A stretch of 64,000 bases of DNA, from IMG/VR virus record IMGVR_UViG_3300037418_004082. One strand, written 5' to 3'. The stretch's first letter is position 1. The number at the start of each line of letters is the position of its first letter. The notes beneath the pieces were generated by a model. It was not told the DNA's origin. It did no database searches and saw only the letters and a list, made by a program, of their open reading frames with translations. Of this stretch, positions 28,034 to 36,678 are shown in pieces. This DNA comes from a virus. The translations under genes and the position numbers were made by a program.

Positions 28034-28573
28034 CTACTTGATCCTCCCGGCCCGGCGCAGCTCCGCCTCGATCACCGCCACCGACTTCATCACGCGGAAC
28101 TCCGCGCCGGCCAGGGCGACGAGCACGCTGTTGGCGTCCGGGCACTGCAGCGCGCTGATCCCCTGCTGCTGCTCCAGCTTCAAGAGGGACTCGACGAGCT
28201 GCTTGAGGCTGCTGGGATAGCGGTAGCCCTTGGCCGGAGCCCAGTTCGTCCAGCGCTTCTCCTCCTCGTTCCAGTTCCGGCTCAACAGCTCGAAGCAGAT
28301 GAACTGCTTAGTGAGCTTGAACGCGTAGTGGTCGGAGAGCTGGATGATGGGGAAGCCGCCGGGCTTGCCGACCTCTTCGGTCTCGTCGTCATCGGCGACC
28401 TCTTCGTCCGCGTCGGACGACGGGTCGGCTTCCGGCATGGGGGCCGCCTCCACCGCCGCCGCTATCGCCCGAGGCTTGCGCGTCCTGGGAGGCGCTGGCT
28501 CGGTCGGGGCGACGGTCCGGTACATGTCCCGCGGATCCTTGGGTGCGTCGGCGGCCTTCTTACGGGGCGGCAT
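28034..28573 (-). CDS. hypothetical protein
   Basis: 179 aa; disordered N-terminus, helical C-terminus. Confidence 0.7.
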   Translation of the reverse strand: MPPRKKAADAPKDPRDMYRTVAPTEPAPPRTRKPRAIAAAVEAAPMPEADPSSDADEEVADDDETEEVGKPGGFPIIQLSDHYAFKLTKQFICFELLSRNWNEEEKRWTNWAPAKGYRYPSSLKQLVESLLKLEQQQGISALQCPDANSVLVALAGAEFRVMKSVAVIEAELRRAGRIK

Positions 28574-29090
28574 TCAGGACCTCTTCGAGCTTCTGGCCCA
28601 GGCCAGACGAGCCCCAACCCTTCGAGCCGCGCTGGCTGTCGGGGAGCTGCTCCACCGGGATGGACTTGAACAGCGGGTGGGTGTACTCCTCGACGCAGAT
28701 CTGCGCGATGCGATCGCCGTCGTTGACCACGAAGTTCTTGTCACCGTGGTTGTAGAGCACGATGCCGATCTCGCCGTGGAAGCCATTGTCGATGAGGCCC
28801 GCACCCGCCTCCACGCCGAACTTGGCGGCCAGGCCGCTGCGGCTCTGCACGCGGCCGCGGTAGCCCGGCGGTAGGATCAGGTGAACGCCCGTGCCGAAGA
28901 CCTTGTAGCAACCGGGGCGCACGATGGTCTGGCTATCAACCATCTTGCGCTCGTCCCAGTCGTTGCGCTCCGGGTTCCACGTGCGCAGCGTGTACGCGCC
29001 GACATCCGCGCCCACGTCGCCTTCACGTGCAATCGTGGGCATGAACGCGCCGGGGCGCAAGTAGGTAGGGACGTCAACCATCGTGAGCAC
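28560..29090 (-). CDS. dut: trimeric dUTPase
   Basis: SRSGLA, GLID..FHGEI, GDRIAQ, RG.KGWGSSG. Confidence 0.93.
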   Translation of the reverse strand: MLTMVDVPTYLRPGAFMPTIAREGDVGADVGAYTLRTWNPERNDWDERKMVDSQTIVRPGCYKVFGTGVHLILPPGYRGRVQSRSGLAAKFGVEAGAGLIDNGFHGEIGIVLYNHGDKNFVVNDGDRIAQICVEEYTHPLFKSIPVEQLPDSQRGSKGWGSSGLGQKLEEVLNAAP

Positions 29091-29103
29091 GTGAACTTCC
29101 TCC

Positions 29104-29940
29104 TTATGAAACGACAGCGTGGTTCGGCGACGTGTAGAGGCCGGCGGCCGCGAGCGTCATCGCGACGCGGACGTCGAGCCCGTCCAGCTCGTTGCCCATC
29201 ACGGTCCAGTTCGGGCGCGGGTAACGGCAGAACATCTCCAGCTTGGTCTGGTTGGGGTACATCTGCTCCAGCCGCTCCGCCACCACGTCAGGCTTGCGGC
29301 TGTGCTCCCGGATGGGCTCGCGCACGGCGATGGTGCCGGTGGGCCACAACTCGGTCGCGCCGTTGTTGGGGTTGACCAACACGTCGCTATCCCAATCCCA
29401 CACGGTCTGTGGCGTCATCCGACGACCACCCACGGATTCCGGCGTGAGCTTGTTGCCGTCCTTGCCGCTCTTCTTGCGGTTGTACGTGAACAGCAGCACG
29501 TCTTCCGTGTTGGACGCCGTGTACGTGCCGGGCATCCCACGTTCTTTCTTGCCGTCCTTGGTGCACTTGAACCAGCAGAACGACTTGGTGCTGTACTCCA
29601 GCCCCCACGCCTTGCCGATCTCGATGGCGGAGTTGATGTGCGGACCCGTGACCCACATGTGGATGACGGCGCGGTCCGCGAGGATGCTGCGTACAAGCTT
29701 GCCCATCGCCATCATGTCTTCGATGGTCATCATGTCGTACTGCGCGTCGGCACCGCCACCGAACACGGTGCGGTTGCCTTCGCCGTGCGTGATACGACCG
29801 CCGTAGATCCAGGGCGGGTCGAGGTAGACGACCTCGTATTGCTTGGGCGCGTAGACCGGCACCGTGCGCGCGAGCTGCGGCAGGAAGGCCGGGTGGGGGT
29901 TGTACGGCTGGTAGTAGGGGACGAAGGGCTGGGTGGACAC
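29104..29940 (-). CDS. MT-A70 family DNA methyltransferase
   Basis: YLDPPW, YDMMT, MWVT, NTEDVLL, HSRKP, KLEMFCR, W..MGNE. Confidence 0.9.
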   Translation of the reverse strand: MSTQPFVPYYQPYNPHPAFLPQLARTVPVYAPKQYEVVYLDPPWIYGGRITHGEGNRTVFGGGADAQYDMMTIEDMMAMGKLVRSILADRAVIHMWVTGPHINSAIEIGKAWGLEYSTKSFCWFKCTKDGKKERGMPGTYTASNTEDVLLFTYNRKKSGKDGNKLTPESVGGRRMTPQTVWDWDSDVLVNPNNGATELWPTGTIAVREPIREHSRKPDVVAERLEQMYPNQTKLEMFCRYPRPNWTVMGNELDGLDVRVAMTLAAAGLYTSPNHAVVS

Positions 29941-29941
29941 G

Positions 29942-30277
29942 CTAGGACCTCACGTGGGCTCGAAGGGCTGCATGGAGATCATCAACGTAGCGAGCAACCA
30001 CGTGACCATGGCAGGGGTTGGGTGCGCAGTAGCACACCAGGTTCGCGTTGCGCGGAATGGCGAGCAGGGCGTTGACCACGACCATGTTGCCGCCGGCCAC
30101 TTGCTCGTGAAGCCACACCTGGTAGTGCGCGATGGCCTCCTCGCGTGTCGTGACCTTCTTGACCTCCGGGAACTTGCTGGGCTTGCTCGACCAGCGGTTC
30201 GCGAGCGGTGACGGACGACCGATGTAGATGTCGCGTGTCGAGGGCACGTGGTAGTGCTTGTTAACCACGTGGGGCAT
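29942..30277 (-). CDS. DUF4326-like protein
   Basis: HVVNK...IYIGRPS.LAN...REEAIAHY..W...LVCYCAP.PCHGHV. Confidence 0.88.
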   Translation of the reverse strand: MPHVVNKHYHVPSTRDIYIGRPSPLANRWSSKPSKFPEVKKVTTREEAIAHYQVWLHEQVAGGNMVVVNALLAIPRNANLVCYCAPNPCHGHVVARYVDDLHAALRAHVRS

Positions 30278-30908
30278 ACGTGTCCCTCCATTCGTTCCAC
30301 ACGTTGATGAGCCGCGGCTTACCTGTGCGCTCGCTCAACTTGTGGACGTCTCGCACGCAGTTTCCCGTACCGCCCGCCGAACCGTCGTGTAGCGCAAGTA
30401 CCACCGTAGCGCGACGGTTCATCCACTCGTTGCGCACCTGCATCTTACGCGGTTCGTAGAAACCGTCACTCACGATGACGATGTACTCGGCCTTGACCAA
30501 GGTCTGTGCGTACAACGCACGTGACGCGTCGGGCCACGTGCCGTCCTGCCCGAAGCACGGGACGGCTGCGATCAGCTTGATGCCCAGCAAGAGGGCGGCT
30601 ATCGCGAGCGCGAGGTCCCAGCCCAGGGCCATCCCGGAGACGACCCAGTTGGGCTTGCCGTGCTGCAGGCACCACATGGCCAGCGCCACCAGCCGCTCGA
30701 ACACGTTGTCACCGTAGCCGCCCAGCTTGGGCGGGCGGTGCCCGGTCCCGCTCCAGACCTCGTCACCGAAGAGCACGTAGTGGTCCAGCACGTCGCGCGT
30801 GAAGACCTCGACGTCGGCAGGCAGGATCAGGCGACCCACGAACGGGTCCTCGTCAGGTGCTGCGGCATGTGCCTCGAAGGTGATGCGAAGGTCGGCTGCG
30901 CCAGCCAA
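30261..30908 (-). CDS. SLOG family (YspA/DUF1273-like) protein
   Basis: GTGHRP.KLGGY, SGMALGWD, RNEWM, GSAGGTGNCV. Confidence 0.85.
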   Translation of the reverse strand: MAGAADLRITFEAHAAAPDEDPFVGRLILPADVEVFTRDVLDHYVLFGDEVWSGTGHRPPKLGGYGDNVFERLVALAMWCLQHGKPNWVVSGMALGWDLALAIAALLLGIKLIAAVPCFGQDGTWPDASRALYAQTLVKAEYIVIVSDGFYEPRKMQVRNEWMNRRATVVLALHDGSAGGTGNCVRDVHKLSERTGKPRLINVWNEWRDTYAPRG

Positions 30909-30927
30909 GTAGGCTGGAGTGGAGGGT

Positions 30928-30956
30928 ATTATAGCCTACCAGAACACCTGGACCAA
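30928..30956 (-). promoter_or_regulatory. putative sigma70 promoter overlapped by an AGAACAC-N9-GTGTTCT dyad
   Basis: Minus strand TTGGTC-17 bp-TATAAT; dyad at 30941-30963. Confidence 0.5.
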
Positions 30957-31391
30957 GTGTTCTATCCCAGCCGGTTGAAAAACTTTTGTTAACACAGGCT
31001 CGACCTCGCTCCTGGTGCGCTTTCCGTTCTCGCAACCAGGCGCCGGCAAGCACACCGGCCAGAGGGTGGTCGGCGCCACGCGCAGCATCGTGCTGACCCA
31101 GTTGGTGAGCTGCCGCGCGCTCGTCTCGATGAGCGCCAGGTCGGCCTCCTGCTGCCAGTGGTGCTTGGTGGGGAACGTGATGAGCCGCAGGTCGGCCCAG
31201 AAGTAGCACTGGTTGCCGCCATTACGCAGCGCCGTGCCCAGGCGTGCGTCGAAGCCCGGGAAGCGCTGCGTGGTCGCCTTGGCGATGCCCGCACCCACGA
31301 TGGCCGTGCCGTCCTTGCGGGTGGCGCCGTTCGTGGTCACGCAGATGACGTGACCACACGCGTGCCAGTCCCAGATGGGATAGTGCTTCAC
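30936..31391 (-). CDS. macro domain (ADP-ribose binding/hydrolase) protein
   Basis: TTN...G...GAGIAK, LITFPTKHHW, LP..GC.NG. Confidence 0.82.
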   Translation of the reverse strand: MKHYPIWDWHACGHVICVTTNGATRKDGTAIVGAGIAKATTQRFPGFDARLGTALRNGGNQCYFWADLRLITFPTKHHWQQEADLALIETSARQLTNWVSTMLRVAPTTLWPVCLPAPGCENGKRTRSEVEPVLTKVFQPAGIEHLVQVFW

Positions 31392-31810
31392 GCCGGAGGC
31401 AGCAAGTAGGCGCTGCACACGCGGGCCCACTTCTCCGCGTTGTCGTGCCCGTCCAGCGCGCCCTCGTACAGCGGCAGGTCCGCGAGGAACACGTACGCGT
31501 CGTCGTAGCTCACGGGGAAGCTGACCTGGCCCGTGGGCAGGTCGATGATCAGCAGGTTGTCCTGCTCCGGGGACGCCGTGGCGTCCATGGTCACGCCAGC
31601 CTTGAGCCCCTGGCTCATCGCCACGCGAGCGACCAGGGCGGCGAGCATGGCCACCTGGGTCCGCATGCGATCGCGCTCATACTCCGCCTTCTCCGCGCGG
31701 TCGGTGAGCGTGTTGACGGTGTCGATGGCCTTGATGCGCGTGTCCTGCAACGCAACGAGGACGGGATCCTTGGGGCCCTCGACGGGGAGCAAGGGGTACT
31801 GCTGGGACAT
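31388..31810 (-). CDS. hypothetical phage protein
   Basis: IDLPTGQVSF...DGH..AEK motif seen in small phage proteins; GGAGG RBS. Confidence 0.7.
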   Translation of the reverse strand: MSQQYPLLPVEGPKDPVLVALQDTRIKAIDTVNTLTDRAEKAEYERDRMRTQVAMLAALVARVAMSQGLKAGVTMDATASPEQDNLLIIDLPTGQVSFPVSYDDAYVFLADLPLYEGALDGHDNAEKWARVCSAYLLPPA

Positions 31811-31820
31811 GGAGGTTCTC

Positions 31821-33050
31821 CTATTCGTACGTTCTGCGGGTGCCGCCCAACTCGGGCGCGTATTTGTCCGGGGAATTGTCCAGGCTTCCGCCCAGTTGTG
31901 GAGCCAGTTCGGGCGGTTCGATGACCGGCCAAATGTCCACGAGAATGTCCATCAGGGTGACGACGTCCAGAGTGCTCTGCTTGGCCTGGTTCAACTTGCG
32001 CAGCGTGGGCAACAAGGCTGACGCGACGGTGAAGTGGTCCGTCGGCGTCTTGAGCACGAAGGTCAAGCCCACGTTCGCGTAGGCATTGCGAGTCGGCAGG
32101 CCGGTGTGGTCGTCGATGAACTCGCGCAACAACTGCTGCCCGCGCTCGTTCATCAGCGCGGCGCCGATGGTCGGGAACTCCTTGAACAAGGGCACGTTCG
32201 TCAACTTCGCCAGGTGTAGTTGTCGTTCTGCTTGCACTGACGCCTCCGTTCGGTACGTCACGTGCATAACCTCTCCGTCACGAGGCTGGCAACCTTCACG
32301 GAACGTGATCGTGCCGTTGTCGTTCACGACGTAGTCGTGACCTTCGGACTGTACAATGCCGCCCACGGTAATCACGTGAGACACCGCGTCAACAGGTAGG
32401 TTGACAGTTGCAGGTCCAACGGAGACACGCGTCACAATTTCCGGTTGTATACTTTCAGCGACGTCATTCAGCATTTGCATACGCACGGGATTGTTGACGG
32501 CGATACCGTAGAGGGACTGACTAAGCAGCTCACGTGCATAGCGCTGCACGTTCGACCCGAACTCCGGGTGAATCTGCCAGCGGTCCTGCGCATAGCTGTC
32601 GATCGGCTCGACCTGGAGCTGCTCGCCCAGCCGCGCGGCCGTCGCCATCAAGCGCTCCAGCGTGAGCCCTTCAGCAGGGCCTGCCGCGTCCCGCACCGTC
32701 GCGCTCATGCTGACACCCAGCCTGGACGGCGGGGCCGACATCGCCTGGCGTAGCAGCGCCCTATCGAAGAAGCTGTCACCACCCACCGCCCAGAGGTCCA
32801 TCGCTTCCGCGTTCCGCTGGATCATCGGGCGGCCGTCCGGCCCTAACAGCGCGTGGTAGTGGTAGTCGTCGAACGAGACGGGTTGCGCGGGCGCCGACCA
32901 GTGGTACGTCGCCAGGACCTGCTCGCGGTCGAGCGCCGGCAAGTCGTCGATCAGGACCTGGTCGCAGGAATAGCCCGCGAGGCCCGTACCCAAGCGACGG
33001 CTCCGGGCCGCCTCCCGCCGCGCCCGCTTGCGCTGGGACTTCCTACCCAC
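31821..33050 (-). CDS. hypothetical protein with an embedded beta-sandwich-like motif
   Basis: GTG start; ITVGGIVQSEGHDYVVNDNGTITF..P..GEVMHVTY. Confidence 0.6.
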   Translation of the reverse strand: MGRKSQRKRARREAARSRRLGTGLAGYSCDQVLIDDLPALDREQVLATYHWSAPAQPVSFDDYHYHALLGPDGRPMIQRNAEAMDLWAVGGDSFFDRALLRQAMSAPPSRLGVSMSATVRDAAGPAEGLTLERLMATAARLGEQLQVEPIDSYAQDRWQIHPEFGSNVQRYARELLSQSLYGIAVNNPVRMQMLNDVAESIQPEIVTRVSVGPATVNLPVDAVSHVITVGGIVQSEGHDYVVNDNGTITFREGCQPRDGEVMHVTYRTEASVQAERQLHLAKLTNVPLFKEFPTIGAALMNERGQQLLREFIDDHTGLPTRNAYANVGLTFVLKTPTDHFTVASALLPTLRKLNQAKQSTLDVVTLMDILVDIWPVIEPPELAPQLGGSLDNSPDKYAPELGGTRRTYE

Positions 33051-33702
33051 GCGCCGCCCGTCCGGCCAAGAGGCCCCGCAGGTAGGCGGCCTGCTCCTTG
33101 AACCGCTCGCCACCCCGACGCTCCATCTGCGTGGCCGCCTCGCCGATGTCGAAGCGCAGCCCCACCGCCTCCGCGCACTGCGTGGTGATCTCCTTCACGG
33201 CGTCGCACTTGGTGCAGAAGCACTCATACTTGCGGATGGCCGTGGCGTAGCTTTCGCCGCTCGTCACCCAGTCGTGCGGCTCGTCAGCGCAGTCGCTGGG
33301 CCCCACGCCAGACCAGTTCTGCTCGTTCGACCAGAGCACCTCGCCCGTGATTGCGTCCGAAACCTCCTGGCGCTGGATGAGCCCAGGATGCTTCAACGGG
33401 TTCCAGTACGTGACCTTTTGCACGGCGTTCACGTGCACCGTCACGTTGAACGTCTCCATGTTCACGTGGTTGATCGAGAACCTCTCGTTGGTCGGTAAAT
33501 GGTTCACGGTGACCGAACCGTAGCCGTCACCCGGGTCTACCTCGATGGTCGCGTCCGCACCACGCATCGCGTTCACGAAAACCTCGATGGCCGGGATAAA
33601 CCGCTGCAACGATGCGCGCGAGTCCTTCACGTCCGTGATCTCGACGCCCCAGGGCAGGTTCTCGTACCAGGTCTTCGTCGAACCCTTCAACGCTGTCGTC
33701 AT
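33043..33702 (-). CDS. hypothetical protein with C-terminal Cys cluster
   Basis: 219 aa; ECFCTKC. Confidence 0.7.
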   Translation of the reverse strand: MTTALKGSTKTWYENLPWGVEITDVKDSRASLQRFIPAIEVFVNAMRGADATIEVDPGDGYGSVTVNHLPTNERFSINHVNMETFNVTVHVNAVQKVTYWNPLKHPGLIQRQEVSDAITGEVLWSNEQNWSGVGPSDCADEPHDWVTSGESYATAIRKYECFCTKCDAVKEITTQCAEAVGLRFDIGEAATQMERRGGERFKEQAAYLRGLLAGRAARG

Positions 33703-34013
33703 AGCAACCGTCCTTTCCGCTTCAAGTTCTCGCGCATCGCGGCTTCGCTTACTCGTTGAATCACGGCGCCCAGCGTGTCCTTCACGTCCTGGTTCGTGTT
33801 CTTGAACACGTAGTTAGCTATCGCCAGTGGCTCGTCTCCGATGATACCCGATATGAACGTGTCCGCAAACGCCTCGTTCACGATAGTCACGTCATCAAAG
33901 TCGATCGTGTGACGACCGTTCGCCGTGTTCGGATTAGCTGGCAACTTAGCCAACTCCCCCAGTACACGTTCTGCTTGCTCGCGCGTCACGAGCTGGGTGT
34001 CTTTGATCTTCAT
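33699..34013 (-). CDS. STAS-like domain protein (DUF4325-like)
   Basis: TREQAERV...IDFDDV.IVNEAFAD.FI...NTNQDVK. Confidence 0.7.
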   Translation of the reverse strand: MKIKDTQLVTREQAERVLGELAKLPANPNTANGRHTIDFDDVTIVNEAFADTFISGIIGDEPLAIANYVFKNTNQDVKDTLGAVIQRVSEAAMRENLKRKGRLL

Positions 34014-34017
34014 CGTC

Positions 34018-36603
34018 CTACTTCTTCCACTTGCTGCTGATCTGGCCGTCCGCCTTGTTGGGCACGTGCACCAGGATGCCCGCGCCCGCCCCCTCCATCG
34101 CGGCCACGACGGCGGCCAGGCAGGCTTCGGCCTGGCTCTTCTTGCACTTGACCACCAGCTCGTCGTGCACCTGCAGCACGATCTGCCACTGGCGCATCAA
34201 CGCCACCATCGCGCGCTTCACGATCTCCGCGCCGTTGCTCTGAATCGGGAAGTTCAACGCCCGCTGGTAGCAGGATACGCGCTGGATCTTCCCGTCCTCT
34301 TCCATGGTCACCTCGCGGGGCATCACGCGCACGCGGCCCAGCGAGTTCTCCACGATGTACGGCCCGTAGCCGTTCTTGATGTCCGTCTTGATGCGCTGGT
34401 GCCAGCCGCCCACGCCGGGGAACGTGCTGAAGTAGCCGTTGCGCTGCGTCTGCGCCTCCGCGTCCGACCACACCAGGCCGTACTGCTCCCAGGCCATGAT
34501 CTTCAGCTTGGGCCAGCCCGCGCCGTACGACAAGCCGAAGTTAGGCACCTTGGCGTTGTTACGGGCCTTCACGAACTCCGGGATCTTGTCCACCTTGTAG
34601 CGCTGGTACATCTCCTCGTACGTGACGCCCATGTTACGTGCCGCGGTCAAGCAGTGCGCGTCCTTGTCGCGGATGAACAGGTCGATCATCGACGCGTCCA
34701 TCGTCCACTCTGCCAACAAGCGCATCTCGATGTTGCTCAAGTCGCAGATGATGAACGTCCACGGGTCGTTCGGGTCGTTGTCTTCACACGCTTCCGCGTC
34801 CACGCACGCGCGCAGCTCCTTCGACTCCTTCGCCTTCGACGGGATGTTCTGGAAGTTAGGTCCGCTTGACGACAACCGGGACGTGCTGGTCTGGTACTGG
34901 TTGAAGCTCGCGTGCACGCGCTTCGTGACGGACGACACCTTCGTCAAGAAGGACAACGTGAAGTCCATCATCTTCGTGACGGACTTCCAGCGCAGGATCT
35001 TTCGGATGACCTCGTGGTCGATGTGCCGCTTCAGCTCCGCGCCGCGGTAGTTGGGCAGGGGGATGCCGCGCGCGTTCAGCTTCGGCACCATGTACACCTG
35101 CGAGCCCAGCTTGACCTCCTCGTCCGGGTGGTCCTTGAGCATCGTGATCAGCTCGTGCTCCAGGCGCTTGGCCTCGTGCAGCAACGCGATGTGCGTGCGC
35201 ATCGCCTGGCCGCGGTTGATGGGGATGCCGTGCAGCTCCATCCGCGCGATGGCCTCCGCCACGTCGCACTCCAGCTTGAACAGGTACGGCCAGGGCGTGC
35301 GACCTTGACGGTCACGGTGGGCGTGCAGCTCCTGCAACTGGTCCCACGCCAACCGCGGCATCCACATCGCGTCGAACGCGGCGTACACGACCTGGCGGGG
35401 CGAGAGGTCCTGGTGGATCCTGAAGGTCGCCTGCGGCTCCGGCGGCATCGGCTCGATCTTCTTCAGGCGCTTGTAGGCCGGGTCGTTCAGGTGCGCTTCG
35501 CAGAGCTGCTTGGTGTTGGCGCCGCTGCCCTTGAGGTAGGTAGGGGGCGCGTTGCAGCCGTCGAACATGCAGATGTTCACCCGGTTCTTCACCGGGTCCT
35601 TCTCCGGCTCCACGCGTTCCACGAAGCCCTTGCGGCGGAAGCTGGTTCGCAACGCCGGGTCCTTGTCCATGAGCTGGCCGTAGCGGCGCTGGATGACCGA
35701 GCCCAAGCCGATGCAGCTCGCGTCGAAGTCCATGCGGGTGACCTCGCCGAAGCCGTAGCCTTGGGCCAGGATGTACTCCGCAGCGATGCTGTCGTGGACG
35801 CTGTCCATGTACAGGTCCTCGCCGAAATACTTCATGAACCACTTGCGTTCGAACGAGCTGTTGTGAATGATCTTCGTGCACGCGTTCTCGCGCAGGTACG
35901 CTTCGAAGAACTCCACGTCCTTCACGTCAAGTAGCGTCTGCGGGAAGTCGAGGTGCACGACATACACGTGGTTGTTCAGCTCGACCTGCACGGTCGCGAC
36001 TTCACCGTCCCACGGGTTGATGACGCCTTCGGTTTCGATGTCGAGCCCGCTGTACTGGGGACCCGTCCACTTCCAGTTCGACAACTGCTTGCGCTTGCCG
36101 TTCGCGTGCTGCCCGATGATGAACGTCGAGAAGCAACCGCGCATGAACGAGAAGTCCTTCACGACGGTGACGTTGGCCGGCACGGTGAACACGTGCTCGA
36201 ACCCGTCGGGACCGTAGTGAGCGCCCATGGGGAGGGGCTCCGGCACGCGTACGACTTCGAGCACGGGAAGCGTGGGGGTGAGCGTGCCCTGGAGCTGTTG
36301 CACGAGCGTCGCGTTCTGCTGACGCGCTTCAACCGGGGAGACGACGCCAGCGGCAGCGTAGGCGGGGTTCGCGGGCGTCCAGGGGTTCTGGCCTTGGGAG
36401 GCTGCGAGGACGTTGTAGGCGGCGGGCACCTGGGCGGCGGGGACGACGTAGGGCTGTTGTTGCGTGACGGGCGTGCCCGGGAGGACCTGGAACTGCGGGT
36501 TAGAGGGGTAGGGGGTAGGCGCCGGGGCACTCTGGGCAGCGACCGACGGCCCGCCGATGGTGGGCGCGAGGCTGTTGGTGGGGAACTGGGGTGCGAAAGT
36601 CAT
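34018..36603 (-). CDS. polA: family A DNA polymerase with 3'-5' exonuclease, Zn-finger-like insertion and low-complexity N-terminus
   Basis: GLDIETE, HNSSFE, YAAFDA; TSRLSSSGPNFQNIP, DLSNIEMR, AKVPNFGLSYG, NFPIQS, QVHDEL. Confidence 0.96.
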   Translation of the reverse strand: MTFAPQFPTNSLAPTIGGPSVAAQSAPAPTPYPSNPQFQVLPGTPVTQQQPYVVPAAQVPAAYNVLAASQGQNPWTPANPAYAAAGVVSPVEARQQNATLVQQLQGTLTPTLPVLEVVRVPEPLPMGAHYGPDGFEHVFTVPANVTVVKDFSFMRGCFSTFIIGQHANGKRKQLSNWKWTGPQYSGLDIETEGVINPWDGEVATVQVELNNHVYVVHLDFPQTLLDVKDVEFFEAYLRENACTKIIHNSSFERKWFMKYFGEDLYMDSVHDSIAAEYILAQGYGFGEVTRMDFDASCIGLGSVIQRRYGQLMDKDPALRTSFRRKGFVERVEPEKDPVKNRVNICMFDGCNAPPTYLKGSGANTKQLCEAHLNDPAYKRLKKIEPMPPEPQATFRIHQDLSPRQVVYAAFDAMWMPRLAWDQLQELHAHRDRQGRTPWPYLFKLECDVAEAIARMELHGIPINRGQAMRTHIALLHEAKRLEHELITMLKDHPDEEVKLGSQVYMVPKLNARGIPLPNYRGAELKRHIDHEVIRKILRWKSVTKMMDFTLSFLTKVSSVTKRVHASFNQYQTSTSRLSSSGPNFQNIPSKAKESKELRACVDAEACEDNDPNDPWTFIICDLSNIEMRLLAEWTMDASMIDLFIRDKDAHCLTAARNMGVTYEEMYQRYKVDKIPEFVKARNNAKVPNFGLSYGAGWPKLKIMAWEQYGLVWSDAEAQTQRNGYFSTFPGVGGWHQRIKTDIKNGYGPYIVENSLGRVRVMPREVTMEEDGKIQRVSCYQRALNFPIQSNGAEIVKRAMVALMRQWQIVLQVHDELVVKCKKSQAEACLAAVVAAMEGAGAGILVHVPNKADGQISSKWKK

Positions 36604-36649
36604 GCGAATAAGCTCCGGTGCCGACGGGCGCTGAACCAGTCAGGCAAAC

Positions 36650-36678
36650 ATTATACCCGACCGGGTGTTCGAGTTCTA
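36650..36678 (-). promoter_or_regulatory. putative polA promoter with SOS-box-like site in the spacer
   Basis: Minus strand TAGAAC-17 bp-TATAAT; CGACC-GGGT-GTTCG at 36658-36671. Confidence 0.5.
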
